The translations under genes were made by a program, and so were the position numbers. 64,000 bases of DNA from Octopus sinensis (lineage: Eukaryota), in NCBI RefSeq assembly GCF_006345805.1, contig NC_043004.1, forward strand, positions 65,224,001-65,288,000. Direction: 5' to 3'. Below are positions 1 through 13,425 of this stretch, one piece after another; the first letter of the stretch is position 1, and the number at the start of each line of letters is the position of its first letter. The notes under the pieces were generated by a model, which saw only the letters and a list, made by a program, of their open reading frames with translations, was not told where the DNA came from and searched no databases.

Positions 1-525
1 ACCAAAACAAAACAAAACAAACAAAGTCACACAAAGCAAAAGCAAATAAAAAAGATTATTATTTTAATCCTGCTTGACAGCACCCTGTGTTTGTGGTATG
101 AATGCCCACCTCTCATTAGTTTTATATTCTTGTCCCCGATACATTTTTGTTTGTTTTGTTCAAGCCTTAGTATTTTGTTAGTATTTGTTATACAGGAATA
201 AATAGCTAAAAGAAATAAAATAGAAACAAAAACAAAAAGATAAACAAAGTAGAAGAGTCATTGATGTGTTTGGGATTAGCTAATGTCAGTAAAGTCAGCA
301 AATAGCGGATTCTGATGAAAATACTACCTTTGTAAATGATATCAAATCCTCTATGAACGAACGATGGAATGGAATATCATTTTTTCTCTTGTCATTATAT
401 ACATGAATTATTTCGCCAACAATTTATCTCGACCAATGCACACACACATACATACATGTGTGTGTGTGTGCGTGTGTTTGTGTGTATATAAATGTATGTA
501 TATATATATTATATGCATACACGCA

Positions 526-556
<31 letters not shown>

Positions 557-649
557 CACATATATACATATACATGTATATATACCTATGTGTACACACA
601 CACATGTATGTATAAATATAAATGTATATAAGTGTGTATGTGTGTATAC

Positions 650-687
<38 letters not shown>

Positions 688-1304
688 TTATGTGTTTGTG
701 TATGTATGTATATATGTTTGTATACTTGTTGGTTACCTCATATAATATGCAGCAGACGTTAATATGAATAAAAACTGAAGTAGATATTTTTTTTGACTAA
801 AACCTTTTTTCGACAGCATGTCCACTGTCCAATGACTGAAACTTGTATAAGAGAAGAGAGAAGAGGTAAACATATGCAACTTATGTCCCGCCCCACTCAT
901 TCTCTCCGTGCTGTGCTTTCAATGAGTATCTAACATGCGTCGCTGTTCAGTTTACTAGGCCACATCAAAGCGAAAACTGATCTTTTCTGAGCATCTGTTA
1001 CTGCTCTGTCGAGGAGTTGAGACTGTGAAGAGGCACTCGATGTGCCCAATATGTAACTTTAGATTCCTTCATTCTCAGTTTACGGTTTAAGATTAAAATA
1101 TCCCTGCAAATGAAAGTAAATTATAGGCCTTATTAACAGTGGGGATGGCCTTTAGTAAACGCATATAACATACAGAATTTCATTTGCATATCAGATTGAA
1201 TAAATTAATTATTTTAATCTAGCTTATCGATGTCGACTCAATGGTAACTATGTATGTATATAGTGTCCTCAATGGAATAAAACCAGGCAGAACCCTTATC
1301 TCTC

Positions 1305-1520
1305 CTCAGCACCAGATTTCATCACTGGTGACCTTCGAAAAAAGATCCAGATCAACTTCCAACTGTTCTTGGAGTTCACGACACACATTCAGTCGTGACT
1401 GCTTTTGATCTTTTGTGAGCAAGCGGGGCACAAATTTTGTTGCAACCCTTTTCATTCGCAATTCCTCGCTCGAAAATCGTTGGCCAGAGCTCGAGGACAC
1501 ACCATTCTTATCAACAAGTG
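1305..1520 (-). mobile_element. Mariner (Mos1-like) transposase fragment, pseudogenised
   Basis: Translates to EELRMKRVATKFVPRLLTKDQKQSRLNVCRELQEQLEVDLDLFSKVTSDEIWC*, matching the mariner K.VPR.LT..QK..R...C linker and the TGDE.W first catalytic Asp motif. Confidence 0.85.
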
Positions 1521-3290
1521 GCTAAACTCAGGAGTATAGCATACTCCAAACTCTGGTACATAGACAAGCTGCCGCTAAGTTTTACCTTATGTCACTGCAC
1601 CGTATTTCTTAATGCTTTTCGGAGCATGCTGATATCGACATAAATTTAGAGAAGTTAGCCTAACACATTCATACGTCCTTCTGTTGCTTATCATGAAGTC
1701 TCTTCAGATCCCACACTAACAACATGTCCCATGTATTTTCCCCTCGATCAAAAACCTCATTATTCCCGCCCTTCCAGTTTATCCTGTATCAGTATTCTGT
1801 ATCATTTTGTTAGAAGGGTTATTTACCACGAATATCTTACGAATTTCTTTCCCCTACCTTCAGACGGAACCATCAGAAAAAGGCCAAACCAAGGAATCAC
1901 TTAACAGTTTGCAGTGTCATTTTAGTTTTAACTAAGTGTCGAAAGCCTTAACTACCTCTTTACAAACCAGATGGCCCGAGCCATTTGTAAATTCAGTGCA
2001 CTGGTCAAGAAAAAATATTTCTGTTCGGTAAAAGAACACTGTCCATTAGCCACACAACAGTTTATCCGATACTTTATCCTCTTAACCATAAGCTCTTTGA
2101 TACATACTTTTACAAAGCCATCACGGAGTGATGTTCATTCATTCCTTGAAACTTTCGGTATAAGATTGGTAAAAATCCCTATTTGGGATTAAAAAATAAG
2201 GAAAAAAATGACATAAAAGGAGAAGATCCCCATGGAAAGCAGGAACTTCAAAACAACGAGTGAGACTGACACATTTACATTCGGAGGGAATTTAAGAATG
2301 CTGACACTCTGGTGTAGGTTAGTGGGTTGATAGTGGACACATCGCGATGTTTAGGTGCAAGATGATTAATGAGAGGAAGTGAGAGACTGGAGATTCTTCG
2401 TTGAACAAATGCCATCCCGAATTAAAACACTTCGTAAGACTGGCTTTCCAAGGCAATTACTTCTCAATTACTGTCAAATTATTCCTTGTAAAAATTAAAG
2501 TAATTATTTACGAAACGCGTTCGGTGATTAATGGCTTACTGTATATGTGTGTTCTACTATCATTTATCATGCGATATATATATATATTATATGTTTAAGA
2601 GCCCAAGGTGTACGTACGCCGGTATATTTTATATAAAAAAATACAAAAATGAGACAAGAACGCAAGACATCCAGGCAGTTAAGTGAAGCAAAATGGAACA
2701 ACAAAATATCCAGACAGGCGATACAAGGAAGACAAGGACGGATCATTCGGAGTTTTCTATCCTCAGTCGACTTCCAGATTATCGTTGCAATTTCGGCTGG
2801 TTATACTCGAGATTGCTCCAATCTGGCCAGCCCCGAGGAAAAAATAAGCTAAGAGCATTAGATTCCTCAGAAGAAACCAGCGAATATTTACGAAAACGAC
2901 GACGAAACAAAAAACAAACAAAAAAAACAGAGAAATGTTACACAAATAAAAATGCAATTAACAGGACATAACAACAGGTGTCTTTCGAGTAAGGACGAAA
3001 TAAATTAAGCTGGCGTGTGTGAATGTAAACCTTACGGCAAGTAATAAGATTTAACATGCACAGGAAGGAATATAGATGTTGCACGAAAGTCAGGCCTGGC
3101 CGAACACCGGTCACGTGGAGAGAGAAAAGAGAGAGAGATAGAGGCAGAGGGATAGGAGAATTAAGGAGGGGTGAGAAAAAATGAAAGAGACACAGGGAAG
3201 TGAAAAAAGGAAAGTGAGCATGAAGAGAAAACCAGGAAATGTGAGAGAGGGGGGAATGAAAGAAAGAATATATATATATATATATATATT

Positions 3291-3715
3291 ATTTGTCTCA
3301 GTCACTAGTGCGCGGCCATGCTGGGGCACCGCCTTAAAGAATTCTAATTGATCGAATCGGCCCCAACATTTATCCATTTTAAGCCTAGTCCTTACTCTGT
3401 CTTTTGGCGAACCGCTAGTTTTACAGGGACGTAAACACACGAACACCGTTCGTTAAAAGTTGATGGTGGGGCACATCGACACAGTTACACACACTCACAC
3501 AAACACGTACACACATGCACAAACACACCTTTACACACACACATATATAAACAATAGGCTTCGTTCACTTTCACATACGGAAGCCATTCACTAGATTTTG
3601 GCCGGTAGGAGGCTCTACTGAAAAATATTTGGCCAATGTAACATACTATGAAACTGAACTCGAAGCCATGTGGTTGGGATGTAAGATTCTTTCTCCACAA
3701 TATCATACCTGTATC
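3291..3715 (-). mobile_element. SINE family A copy (tRNA head, internal microsatellite), diverged
   Basis: Reverse complement carries the family A 3' tail (GGCGGTGCCCCAGCATGGCCGC...GACTGA) and a degenerate head; homologous to other copies in the window. Confidence 0.7.
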
Positions 3716-3717
3716 AA

Positions 3718-4260
3718 ATGGATGCAGCAGAAATACCATTAACATCAATTCCAACACAGGGACACACCTTAAAATTTGTTGGATCTTGTGAATCCAAATT
3801 TAGAATTCGCCTGAACAACCACAGATCTTCTTTCAGGGACCCAGAGAGACGCAACACAACAACGCTCACAGCATACGTATGGTGCCTAAAGGACGATCAC
3901 ACGCCCTTTAACATCAGGTGGAAATTACTGGAAACTTGTGGACACAACCGCAATGGAACAAGACTGTATAAATTGTGTATGCCAGAAAGATATATTGTCC
4001 TCATGGACTCACATGAGCCGGGAGGCCACCTGAACTCCAGAATGGAAGCCGTGGGGTGTTGACCACATTTTTGGAAGTTTTTACTTCAAAATTGGAAATT
4101 CTAGTTATCAAGCGAAGGAAGACAACTATCAACGGCGTTCTTGCGTTTAAAAAAAATCATTTTTTGCAGAGAACGGTTATCGTTTAGAGAAACTAAAAAG
4201 ATCTCTAGTTCATGCTAGATATGAAACCAATGGTTTTTTCTAAACTATTACGTTACACAT
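3718..4260 (+). mobile_element. Penelope-like element 3' fragment: GIY-YIG endonuclease C-terminal remnant plus 3' end abutting (TA)n
   Basis: ORF 3718-4062 FVGSCESKFRIRLNNHRSSFRDPERRNTTTLTAYVWCLKD...FNIRWKLLETC...KLCMPERYIV...LNSR, then *PHFWKFLL, matches the PLE GIY-YIG consensus (YIG.T...FK.R..NH..SF...LS.Y.W.LK...I.W.IL...C.LC..EK...LN.R.E...C.H..KFLL). Confidence 0.85.
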
Positions 4261-4273
4261 ACAAATATATATA

Positions 4274-4306
<33 letters not shown>

Positions 4307-4314
4307 ATCGCCAC

Positions 4315-4456
4315 CAACTCCACTGACGGAGCCTCGTGGATGTTTAGGTGATTTAGCTCAATACACACTCACAACGCTCGGTCCGGTCTGGGAATCGAAA
4401 CCGCGATCCTACGACCGCGAGTCCGCTGCTCTAACCACTGAGCCATTGCGCCTCAA
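4315..4456 (-). mobile_element. SINE family C 5' part (tRNA-like head)
   Basis: Reverse complement GAGGCGCAATGGCTCAGTGGTTAGAGCAGCGGACTCGCGG...GTTTCGATTCCCAGACC with Pol III A and B boxes. Confidence 0.8.
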
Positions 4457-4462
4457 CCTCAC

Positions 4463-4493
<31 letters not shown>

Positions 4494-4507
4494 GAGAGAA
4501 GGAGAGG

Positions 4508-4553
<46 letters not shown>

Positions 4554-5010
4554 TGTTTACCGTCATGGAAATTCTTATAGTGGAAGAAAAGGAATTTTTA
4601 ACTCCTATTTCTTATTTCGGTATGTGGTGAAGCAGTAAGCTGAACCCTAATTATAATTATAATTATATATATAGGCATGATTTTGGGGTAAGAAGTTTGC
4701 CTGACAACTACATGGTTACGAGTTCACATCCTGTTCCAGGATGAAAATGCTAGGAACCAGAGACGCGAGCTCTTAGATTCCCGCGGGCGCGCCACGAAGT
4801 TTGAAATGTCCACCGATAAAATACCGTATGGTTAAAATGTTTTGACATTCAGAATATCTTGACTGTCGCATTTGAATTTCACTTTACCTCTTATAGTTAT
4901 TTTCTATTACAATGCTAGTGCATACAGTTCTATATTTAAGAGATGAAGAATTATGTACATTATTTACATTCGACGGATATTTGTCCTCATCTTTGTGTTA
5001 CACAACTTTT

Positions 5011-5110
5011 NNNNNNNNNNNNNNNNNNNNNNNNNNNNNNNNNNNNNNNNNNNNNNNNNNNNNNNNNNNNNNNNNNNNNNNNNNNNNNNNNNNNNNNNNN
5101 NNNNNNNNNN
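5011..5110. other. Assembly gap (100 N)
   Basis: Run of 100 n. Confidence 1.
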
Positions 5111-5356
5111 TACATTTTTAACTAACATAATTATAAAAATATGCATATTCATGCCTGTTTGTCTATATATCTATGAATACATTGATTTGGTGTATATAAA
5201 TATATATATATATATGTATATATCTAATGTAAAATATGCTATACATATATATATATATATATATATATATCTATATATATATATATACACACAAACATAT
5301 ATACATATAATTATACATATAATTATCTATCTATGTATATATCTACGCTCTTTCTT

Positions 5357-5506
5357 TGCCGGAGAGGCTGTGTGGTAAGTAGCTTACTTACCACCAGATT
5401 GTCTTGGATCAGTCCCACAGCGTGGAACTTTGGGCAAGTGTCTTCTCTATAGCCTCGGGCCGACCAAATCCCTGTGAGTGGATTTGTTAGACGGAAACTG
5501 AATACA

Positions 5507-5558
<52 letters not shown>

Positions 5559-5788
5559 ATGCATGTATATATTTGTGTGTCTGTGTTTGTCCTCCCACTA
5601 TCGCTTGACAACCGATGCTGGTCTGTTTACGTCCTCGTCATATAGCGATTCGGCAAGGGGGCCCGATGGAATAAGTACTAGGCTTAGAAAGAATAAGTCT
5701 GGAGTCGATATGCTCGACTAAACGTGATGCTCCAGCACGGCCGCAGTCAAATGACTGAAACAAATAAAAGAACAAAAGAAAATAAAAG
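5357..5788 (+). mobile_element. SINE family A, near full length
   Basis: Head GGCTGTGTGGTAAGTAGC..., GGAACTTTGGGCAAGTG core, internal (TA)n, tail CAGCACGGCCGCAGTCAAATGACTGAAACAAATAAAAGA. Confidence 0.85.
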
Positions 5789-7507
5789 TGCACATGTACA
5801 CATACATATTCATATCATATATGTATGTGTGTGTGTGTATGTATATATGTATGTAAGTATATAAAATATACACACCTTAATATATTTTCATGTCTTCAGT
5901 CCTTTCAGGAAACCTGAGCTTACCTCAAAAAATTTCAACAAAACTTTGCCTCTATGTTCTTATTTGGGATCCTTCTCATGTGACCATGGTCGAACAATTG
6001 TTTCTGGTCCCATTGATTATCTTAGTACTAGCTTACTTCACGTGATGATCATTGTTAGAAGAATTATTTCTACTCCTGTTTCGTAACGAGACCCTCAATA
6101 TACATGGCAGACACTGCATTGTAAATTTACAACCCGCGTGTATCTTCAGGTTTTAGGTTTTCCTATTATTAAGTTGTAGATTACGAAGATGATAGCAAGT
6201 CTAATTTAATCTAACTTTGAGTGACTGGCTGATCGTCTGCCTATTCTATGTCCGTTTGTTTTCGTCTCTTTAGACTGTCGGAAACCCAGTGCGATGCGAT
6301 TCATGTTTTATGATAGATTATACATCCGAGAAACAACAATCTGTGAACTCTTTTACTTTAGAATCATCTAGAGTAATCGTTTTGCGAATAGATTTCGCAG
6401 TTTGCACTTTTAAATTTTACATCAAATAATTTTAGTTGATATATTCAATTTGTCGATAACGGTGGACATTAAGGTTATGTCGTTAGATTTATCTAATGTC
6501 TATGGAGTAAAAGGGCAATAGTATAGCAGACATTTATATCTATATGAATTTGTCTTGTGTTTTCATATGACAAACAACATGTTTATAAATAGGACGATAG
6601 CACGCAACCTTGTCTCATACTCTCCCTTATTTCTAACCAAAGCATCAGTCGACTACTGAAAGCACAATGTTATTGAATAATCCCTGTTATTTTCAGTCTT
6701 GGGGTTTATTCCTATACATGTAATCATCTTCCATTTATCTATCCTCTAGAACAATGGTACTCAACTACTTTTTTTACCCATGGACCTCTTTGGTCAATAT
6801 AGGATACATGAACTGTACCAAATAGATAAAAGGTACACACACACATACACACATATATAATCATGGGTGCGTGTGGTTGTGGTTTTGGGAGGTGGAAGGG
6901 TTTGCGTGTGTAATAATATTCTTTTAGTTCTATGTTACAAGATGTTTAAAAAGATTCCTGTCACATGTTAAATAACTTTCATTAGTTTACTTTTCCTCTC
7001 TTTCCTTCTATACTTTTTATTAACCAAATTATTTTCCATGCTTCACATATCAGCAAATTTTACAAATCAGCAAGCTGGTTACTTCAACTGTAACATGGTT
7101 AAATGTTCTTGCAGTTGAAGCTGTTGAGAGCGCATACATCTTCGCGAAACCCGCTAGAAATAGTTGCGATGCCTCATTCAAAAACGTCATGAGGGCTTAT
7201 AAAGAAATATTCTACAAAAAATGTAGAACATGGTGCATTAGTCTTTCTTCGTTGTCCTACAGTAAAGGTGTTCTTTTTCGATCAACCATTTTCCTTGCTG
7301 AATGAAATGACATGACTACGAAGAGAATAATTTCGCTGCGCAACATATCTTGTTTGGTATAATCATCACCAAACGAACTCTTACTAGTTTCACTAAATTT
7401 CGTCATTGAAAAATTTTCTGTATATGCAATGTTATGTAACATATACATATAATTACATACACACACACACACACATACACATATATATATATGTATATAT
7501 GTATATA

Positions 7508-7540
<33 letters not shown>

Positions 7541-7613
7541 ATGTTATGTATGTATTATGTATGTATGTATGTATGTATATATATATGTGTATTCTATATA
7601 TATATATATAAAA

Positions 7614-8011
7614 GAGTGACTGCGTAGTAAGTAGCTTGCTTACGAACCACATGGTTCCGGGTTCAGTCCCACTGCGTGGCACCTTGGGCAAGTGTCTTCT
7701 ACTATAGCCTCGGGCCGATCAAAGCCTTGTGAGTGGAATTGGTAGACGGAAACTGAAAGAAGCCCGTCGTATATATGTTTATATATATCTATGTGTGTGT
7801 GTGTGTGTATGTTTGTGTGTGTGTGTTTGTCCCCCAATATCGCTTCACAACCGATACTCGTGTGTTTACGTCCCCATAACCTAGTGGTTCGGCAAAAGAC
7901 CGGTAGAATAAGTACTATGCTTACAAAGAATAAGTCCTGGGGTCCATTTGCTCGACTAAAGGCGGTGCTCCAGCATGGCCACATGAAATGACTGAAACAA
8001 GTAAAAGAGTA
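7614..8011 (+). mobile_element. SINE family A, near full length
   Basis: GGTTCCGGGTTCAGTCCC B box, GGCACCTTGGGCAAG core, internal TA/TG tract, conserved tail. Confidence 0.85.
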
Positions 8012-8066
8012 TACGTACACTATATATAAATAACATATATATACTGTGTGTATATATATATAATAT

Positions 8067-8112
<46 letters not shown>

Positions 8113-8113
8113 T

Positions 8114-8205
<92 letters not shown>

Positions 8206-9010
8206 TGTGTGTGTGTTCTTGTGTATGTGTGTGTATGTATGTGTATATATATATGTGTGTGTTCGGGCGCAAGTGTGTAAGTTGTTATCTGTATGTTCTT
8301 ATATGTATATCAATGCTTGTACCTGTTTATGTGTCAAGCCAGTATGGTTTGTGATTGTGTAATTTGATTTATCGAAGCAAATAATTTTACAGCGAAGTTC
8401 AGAGCAGACAAAGTCACTGGAACGTGAACTAAGACATTTGTACCATTAACCACTTTGAGAAATCGTGTATGTATGCATAACATATGCAGTCTACATCTGT
8501 CTGAACGTCATTGATACGTGTGTATATGTATATATATATCAAAACAGGAAATTGGAAAGAAAAGTTTGTATTATTTAATCACTATTACATGTGTTTCATT
8601 TCCTAATAGGAGTTGCAAAATTTACATTTGGATAATATTTCCATTTGGATAAAACATTTATATAAGTTTTATATTATTTGATTCTGCCTCAATAATGTCT
8701 AGTGGGAGATATCTTGCGCATTTCCCCTCATATGTACAATTTTATTATTCATTTTATTCAATGAAACAGGTTCAATGGTGAGAAAATAATACCAATTTTC
8801 TTTTGCAATCTCCTGTTTTACTATGTAATAGCTTCGGAAAAATTATTTTCCAGTCTTTTTCATCTCTTAGGCATATCTCATACAAATATAACGACTGCAT
8901 TCAATTTTAGATTATTGGATTATGATGCAAGATGTCTTGGCTTGGATTATAACCCTATCTTTGTAAAGGGTAAGTTTTTCTAGCATTCTCAAATCTATAA
9001 TTCTTGAAAT

Positions 9011-9067
9011 ATTATGTTGACAAAGGAAATGAATTTTTATAATTCTATCCAGAAACGCGTCCATAAT
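9011..9067 (+). ncRNA. Decayed type I hammerhead ribozyme motif
   Basis: Stem I ATTATG/CATAAT (6 bp); core TTGACAA (two transitions from CTGACGA); stem II GGA..GAATT/AATTC..TCC; GAAA; palindromic A-CGCG-U; GUC triplet. Confidence 0.65.
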
Positions 9068-9681
9068 TAATCGAAGATTGTTTGATTTCATTATTTTCCT
9101 TCTTTTTACCTATATATACATGCATATATGGGTACAAGACATCAAAAAAACGACGTTGAACACTATGAGAAACGAAAACATAAAACAAAAACATAGTAAA
9201 CAAACTTTTTTTCGAACAACGAAGAAGACAAACAGAGAAACGAGACGTGCAACAGAAAGAATATTCCCCTTCATCAATTGTCCCTGTTTCATCTACTCGT
9301 TGAAACAGTCCTTCCTGCAAAGCAAGTTAGATGAAATTTGGAATGTTTTGCGGAGGGTGAAAGTGGTAACAAGAACAGGACTGTGGGGGACAAAACAGTA
9401 AAAACAAACAGTGAGGGCTGTTAAGTCAAGACGATAGAAAAAAATATTATGAACACTATGAGGACCAGCTATGAGAGGAGACAGGTATAGGTACGTCTTG
9501 TCTTTAGGGAGGAAATGGACAGAAAGATAAATTTCCTTTCGTCACGTATATATATATATAAACATATGCATACACATGTATTTCGCATGAAACGGATGTT
9601 CTGTATCGGGTGTCAAGGAGAAGTTTAATAAGCCAGCTAGACTTTTCCAAAATATAATTAAAGAAAGCAAAAACACAAAAT

Positions 9682-9844
9682 GGGCAAAAGTGTGGCCGAG
9701 TGATAAGAAGTTTCGTTCCGAGTTCAGTTCCACTGTATGACAACTTGGGCAAGTGTCGCCATCTATAGTCTTGGTTTGACCAATGCCTTGTGAATGGATT
9801 TTGTAGACGAAAACTGATGGAAGCACGTATAATTAAATAAATAA

Positions 9845-9901
<57 letters not shown>

Positions 9902-10135
9902 TGTGAATACACGTGCGTGTGTGTGCATCTTTCTCTCGGTTTGTCCGCCACTACCACTTTACAAACTGTGTTGGTGTGTTTACACCTCCGCAATCTAGCG
10001 ATGCGGCTAAAGCGTCCGATAGAGTAAGTACTAGGCGCTAAGAAAGGTACTGAGTTCACCTGTTCAACTAAAATTCTTCAAGGAGTTGCCCTAGAATAGC
10101 AACCATCTGATGACTGGAACAAATAAAAGATATAA
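9682..10135 (+). mobile_element. SINE family A, diverged
   Basis: Homologous head, core, internal (TG)n and tail. Confidence 0.75.
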
Positions 10136-10646
10136 GACTGAAAACATTCATCTTGGTAAATGTGATTCTATTGAAGATTAAATCCAATAATTTGTAAGAA
10201 CAACTTCCATCTGCATCTAATGAAAATGTAATTTTAAAAGAAATTTGTAGAAGAGTATTTTGAAAGTAGTAGTTTCCCTAGAAATATTCAAATGAGATTT
10301 TTTGAAAATAATTTTAATAGTAATTTGCAAAATGATATTTATAACATGTAGTTCTAAAACAAAATTTTAAAGAATATTTTTACAAATAATTTTTGTAACC
10401 GATTATTTTAAGAATAGTGTATTCATAGTAAATTTTTTAAAAGTGTTTTTGTATTTATAGAAATCTTAAAAATAATAATTTTAACTATGATTTATAAGAG
10501 TGTTTTTAAATTAGGCTAATGTATTTGAATTGCAAAATTCCCAGATTCCTGATGTGAAATCGACCATTGAAACAAATATTGTTATACCCGTCGATGGTTT
10601 ATATAGGTGTTCACTTCAGTTAATGTAGTATTGTTGTTGTTGTTGT

Positions 10647-10721
<75 letters not shown>

Positions 10722-10907
10722 GCCTTTGCACAGCTTCTAACGCTGGAGATGTATGACAATGTCAACTGTTCACTACCAGTGAACTAAGGTAACATCTCTT
10801 ATTTTTCGAGCACCTTCTGGAGTATTCGAGCGGTTCCAAGCAATGCTGTTTTCTGGAAGTGCTCCACCCTTAATGCAGCCCCTATTTGTTCGACGTACTT
10901 CTCGAGA

Positions 10908-10911
<4 letters not shown>
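10722..10911 (-). mobile_element. R4/Dong-like (REL endonuclease) non-LTR retrotransposon 3' end within (ATT)n
   Basis: Minus strand reads KNLEKYVEQIGAALRVEHFQKTALLGTARILQKVLEK* (stop 10799-10801), the typical LQK.ALLGTA.ILR.VL terminus, then a short 3' UTR; (ATT)n on both sides. Confidence 0.8.
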
Positions 10912-10942
<31 letters not shown>

Positions 10943-10969
10943 TATTATTATTATTATTATTATTATTAT

Positions 10970-11719
10970 CCACCCTTAGGGGTTAGCCATATTGAAATGG
11001 CAAAAAACGTCACGATGTGTTACCGCTACTGTATATAACTCACTTTGATATTTATCATTGTTTGATTTCACTTTTTCAATATCAGCGACAGTGGGCGCTG
11101 GAAAAAGTATAAGTATTTGTGAAGGAAATCTAATTCTCGGCGACAACTATGACTGTCACACGCTGACGAGAGGTCAATACCTCGAAACTCGAGTCCGTGT
11201 GTATCATAAGTTGAAGACGGGAAGGATGACTTCCCTTTGCAAATACTGACAGGACACAGAAAGTGTGTCTATGGCCAGCTGGAGGAGTGTGTCCTCCTGG
11301 GGCTAAAAACTACAGTAGCATCCACCCTTAGGGGTTAGCCATATTGAAATGGCAAAAATACGTCACGATGTGTTACCGCTACTGTATATAACTCACTTTG
11401 ATATTTATCATTGTTTGATTTCACTTTTTCAATATCAGCGACAGTGGGCGCTGGAAAAAGTATAAGTATTTGTGAAGGACATCTAATTCTCGGCGACAAC
11501 TATGATTGTCACACGCTGACGAGAGGTCAATACCTCGAAACTCGAGTCCGTGTGTATCATAAGTTGAAGACGGGAAGGATGACTTCCTTTTGCAAATACT
11601 GACAGGACACAGAAAGTGTGTCTATGGCCAGCTGGAGGAGTGTGTCCTCCTGGGGCTAAAAACTACAGTAGCATCCACCCTTAGGGGTTAGCCATATTGA
11701 AATGGCAAAAATATGTCAC
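10970..11719 (-). repeat. Tandem array of a 352-353 bp unit (2 full copies + ~45 bp), probably a retroelement-derived 3' segment ending in (ATA)n
   Basis: Units start at 10970, 11322 and 11675 and are nearly identical; abuts an (ATT)n tract; diverged homolog at 61190-61310. Confidence 0.85.
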
Positions 11720-11744
11720 TATATATATATATACACATATGTGT

Positions 11745-11970
11745 GTGTATATGTTTGTGTGTTTGTGTTTGTCCCCCCAACATCGCTTGACAACCGATGC
11801 TGATGTGTTTACGTCCCCGTACCTTATCGGCTCGGCATAAGAGACCTATAGAAGAAGTACTAGACTTACAAAGAATAAATCCTGGGATTGATTTGCTCGA
11901 CTAAAGGTGGTGCTCCAACATGGCTGCAGTCAAATGACTGAAACAAGTAAAAGAGTAAAATAGTAAAGAG
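11745..11970 (+). mobile_element. SINE family A 3' half
   Basis: TGTCCCCCCAACATCGCTTGACAACCGATGC...CAGTCAAATGACTGAAACAAGTAAAAGAG. Confidence 0.8.
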
Positions 11971-12344
11971 TATGCCCAAGTTTAACACAGTTTTTAAAAT
12001 TTGCGTTTAATATATGTGTGCATATAGGTGTATTCATGTTCACAGAGATACACAAGTATACACACATGCATATTTATATTCACGCACATCAATTTATATA
12101 TTTATTCGGTGGAGATACTAGATTCACAGACGCGCACACGTCTAAATATATATTTCTTGCTGTGTTCTATACTCGATTACCTACATTCGAGAACATCACT
12201 AGTAGTCATTTTGTAAGCCCTCAGGAAATGAAAAGAAATTAAATCGAATCTAGATTCGATCTGCACACTGAATGCACGGCGATGCATTTTCCCGTCTTCT
12301 AAGGAATCTTATGTCTCTTCCCCCAACTTCTTTTACTACTACTA

Positions 12345-12403
<59 letters not shown>

Positions 12404-12767
12404 ATAATAATAATAATAATAATTAATAATAATAAACGTGATGTCATACTGTCACGATCATGTAGCTTGCGATGCTTCCAATTTTGATCGACATTAAGTG
12501 AAATGATATTACCAATCGCTCAAGCCCCTTCCCCATCTCTCTCATGACTTCTGTGTGTGTGTGTGTGTGTGTGTGCGTGTATGCATGTGTGTGTGTTTGT
12601 GTGTGTGTGTGTATGTATGTGTTTGTGTTTGTGTGTGTGCGTGTGTGATGTGTGGGTTGTCTTGCTTCATGAAGACTTCAGCCGTCTCATACTTTCTGTT
12701 TCTATCGCGCACCACGTAGCCTACCAACCAAGCTCGCTTTTGTCAATCAATATATATGGGAACAGAA

Positions 12768-13352
12768 GGCAGCAAGCTGGCAAAATCGTTAGCACACCAG
12801 CAGAGATGCTTAGCGGTATTTCGTCTGCCGCTACGTTCTGAGTTCAAATTCCGCCGAGGTCGACTTTGCCTTTCATCCTTTCGGAGTCTATTAAATAAGT
12901 ACCAGTTACGCACTGGGGGCGATATAATCGACTTAATCCGTTTGTCTGTCCTTGTTTGTCCGCTCTGTTTAGCCCCTTGTGGGTAGTAAAGAAATAGGCA
13001 TTTCGTCTGCCGTTACGTTCTGAGTTCAAATCCCACCGAGGTCGACTTTGCCTTTCATCCTTTCGGGGTCTATTAAATAAGTACCAGTTACGCACTGGGG
13101 GCGATCTAATCGACTTAATCCGTTTGTCTGTCCTTGTTTGTCCGCTCTGTTTAGCTCCTTGTGGGTAGTAAAGAAATAGGCACTTCGTCTGCCGTTACGT
13201 TCTGAGTTCAAATTCCACCGAGGTCGACATCGCCTTTCATCCTTTTCGGTTCGATTAAATAAGTACCACTTACGCACTGGAGTCGATGTAATCGACGTAA
13301 TCCTTTGTCTGTCCTTGTTTGTCCCCTCTAATTTTAACCTCCTGTGTGCAAT
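12768..13352 (+). mobile_element. SINE family B trimer (one head + three bodies) with 17-nt TSD
   Basis: Bodies restart at 12998 and 13180 (182-nt period); flanks CAATATATATGGGAACA (12748-12764) and CAATATATATGGGGACA (13349-13365). Confidence 0.85.
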
Positions 13353-13425
13353 ATATATGGGGACAAGATTCCTTCTAACAATTTGTTATTGCTGTCTTGG
13401 TAACTTCATTTTTAGTCCTCCTGCT

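Noticed and set aside
307-349. GGATT CTGATGA ... TGATATCA AATCC, HHR-like
   Set aside because: No GAAA, no clear stem II and no UH in register.
2466-2529. GAAACGCGTT with a possible stem I
   Set aside because: CUGANGA core unrecognisable; at best a very old HHR remnant.
2785-2832. Minus strand GGCTGG...CCAGCC GAAA TTGCAA half-HHR in a repeat-like segment (2627-3110)
   Set aside because: No adjacent CUGANGA and no UH after the palindrome.
4057-4104. In-frame TGA in the PLE GIY-YIG tail (GC*PH) as possible selenocysteine
   Set aside because: No SECIS identified; CGA to TGA decay in a dead copy is simpler.
7090-7410. Minus-strand KQDMLRSEIILFVVMSFHS, weakly hAT-like
   Set aside because: One short block only; downstream frames do not continue convincingly.
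11230-11345. HDV-like ribozyme in the 353-bp unit (GGAGGA/TCCTCC hairpin, GGCTAA in the 61190 homolog)
   Set aside because: Could not place P3/L3/P1.1 with acceptable spacing. The TTAGGG inside the unit is isolated, not telomeric.
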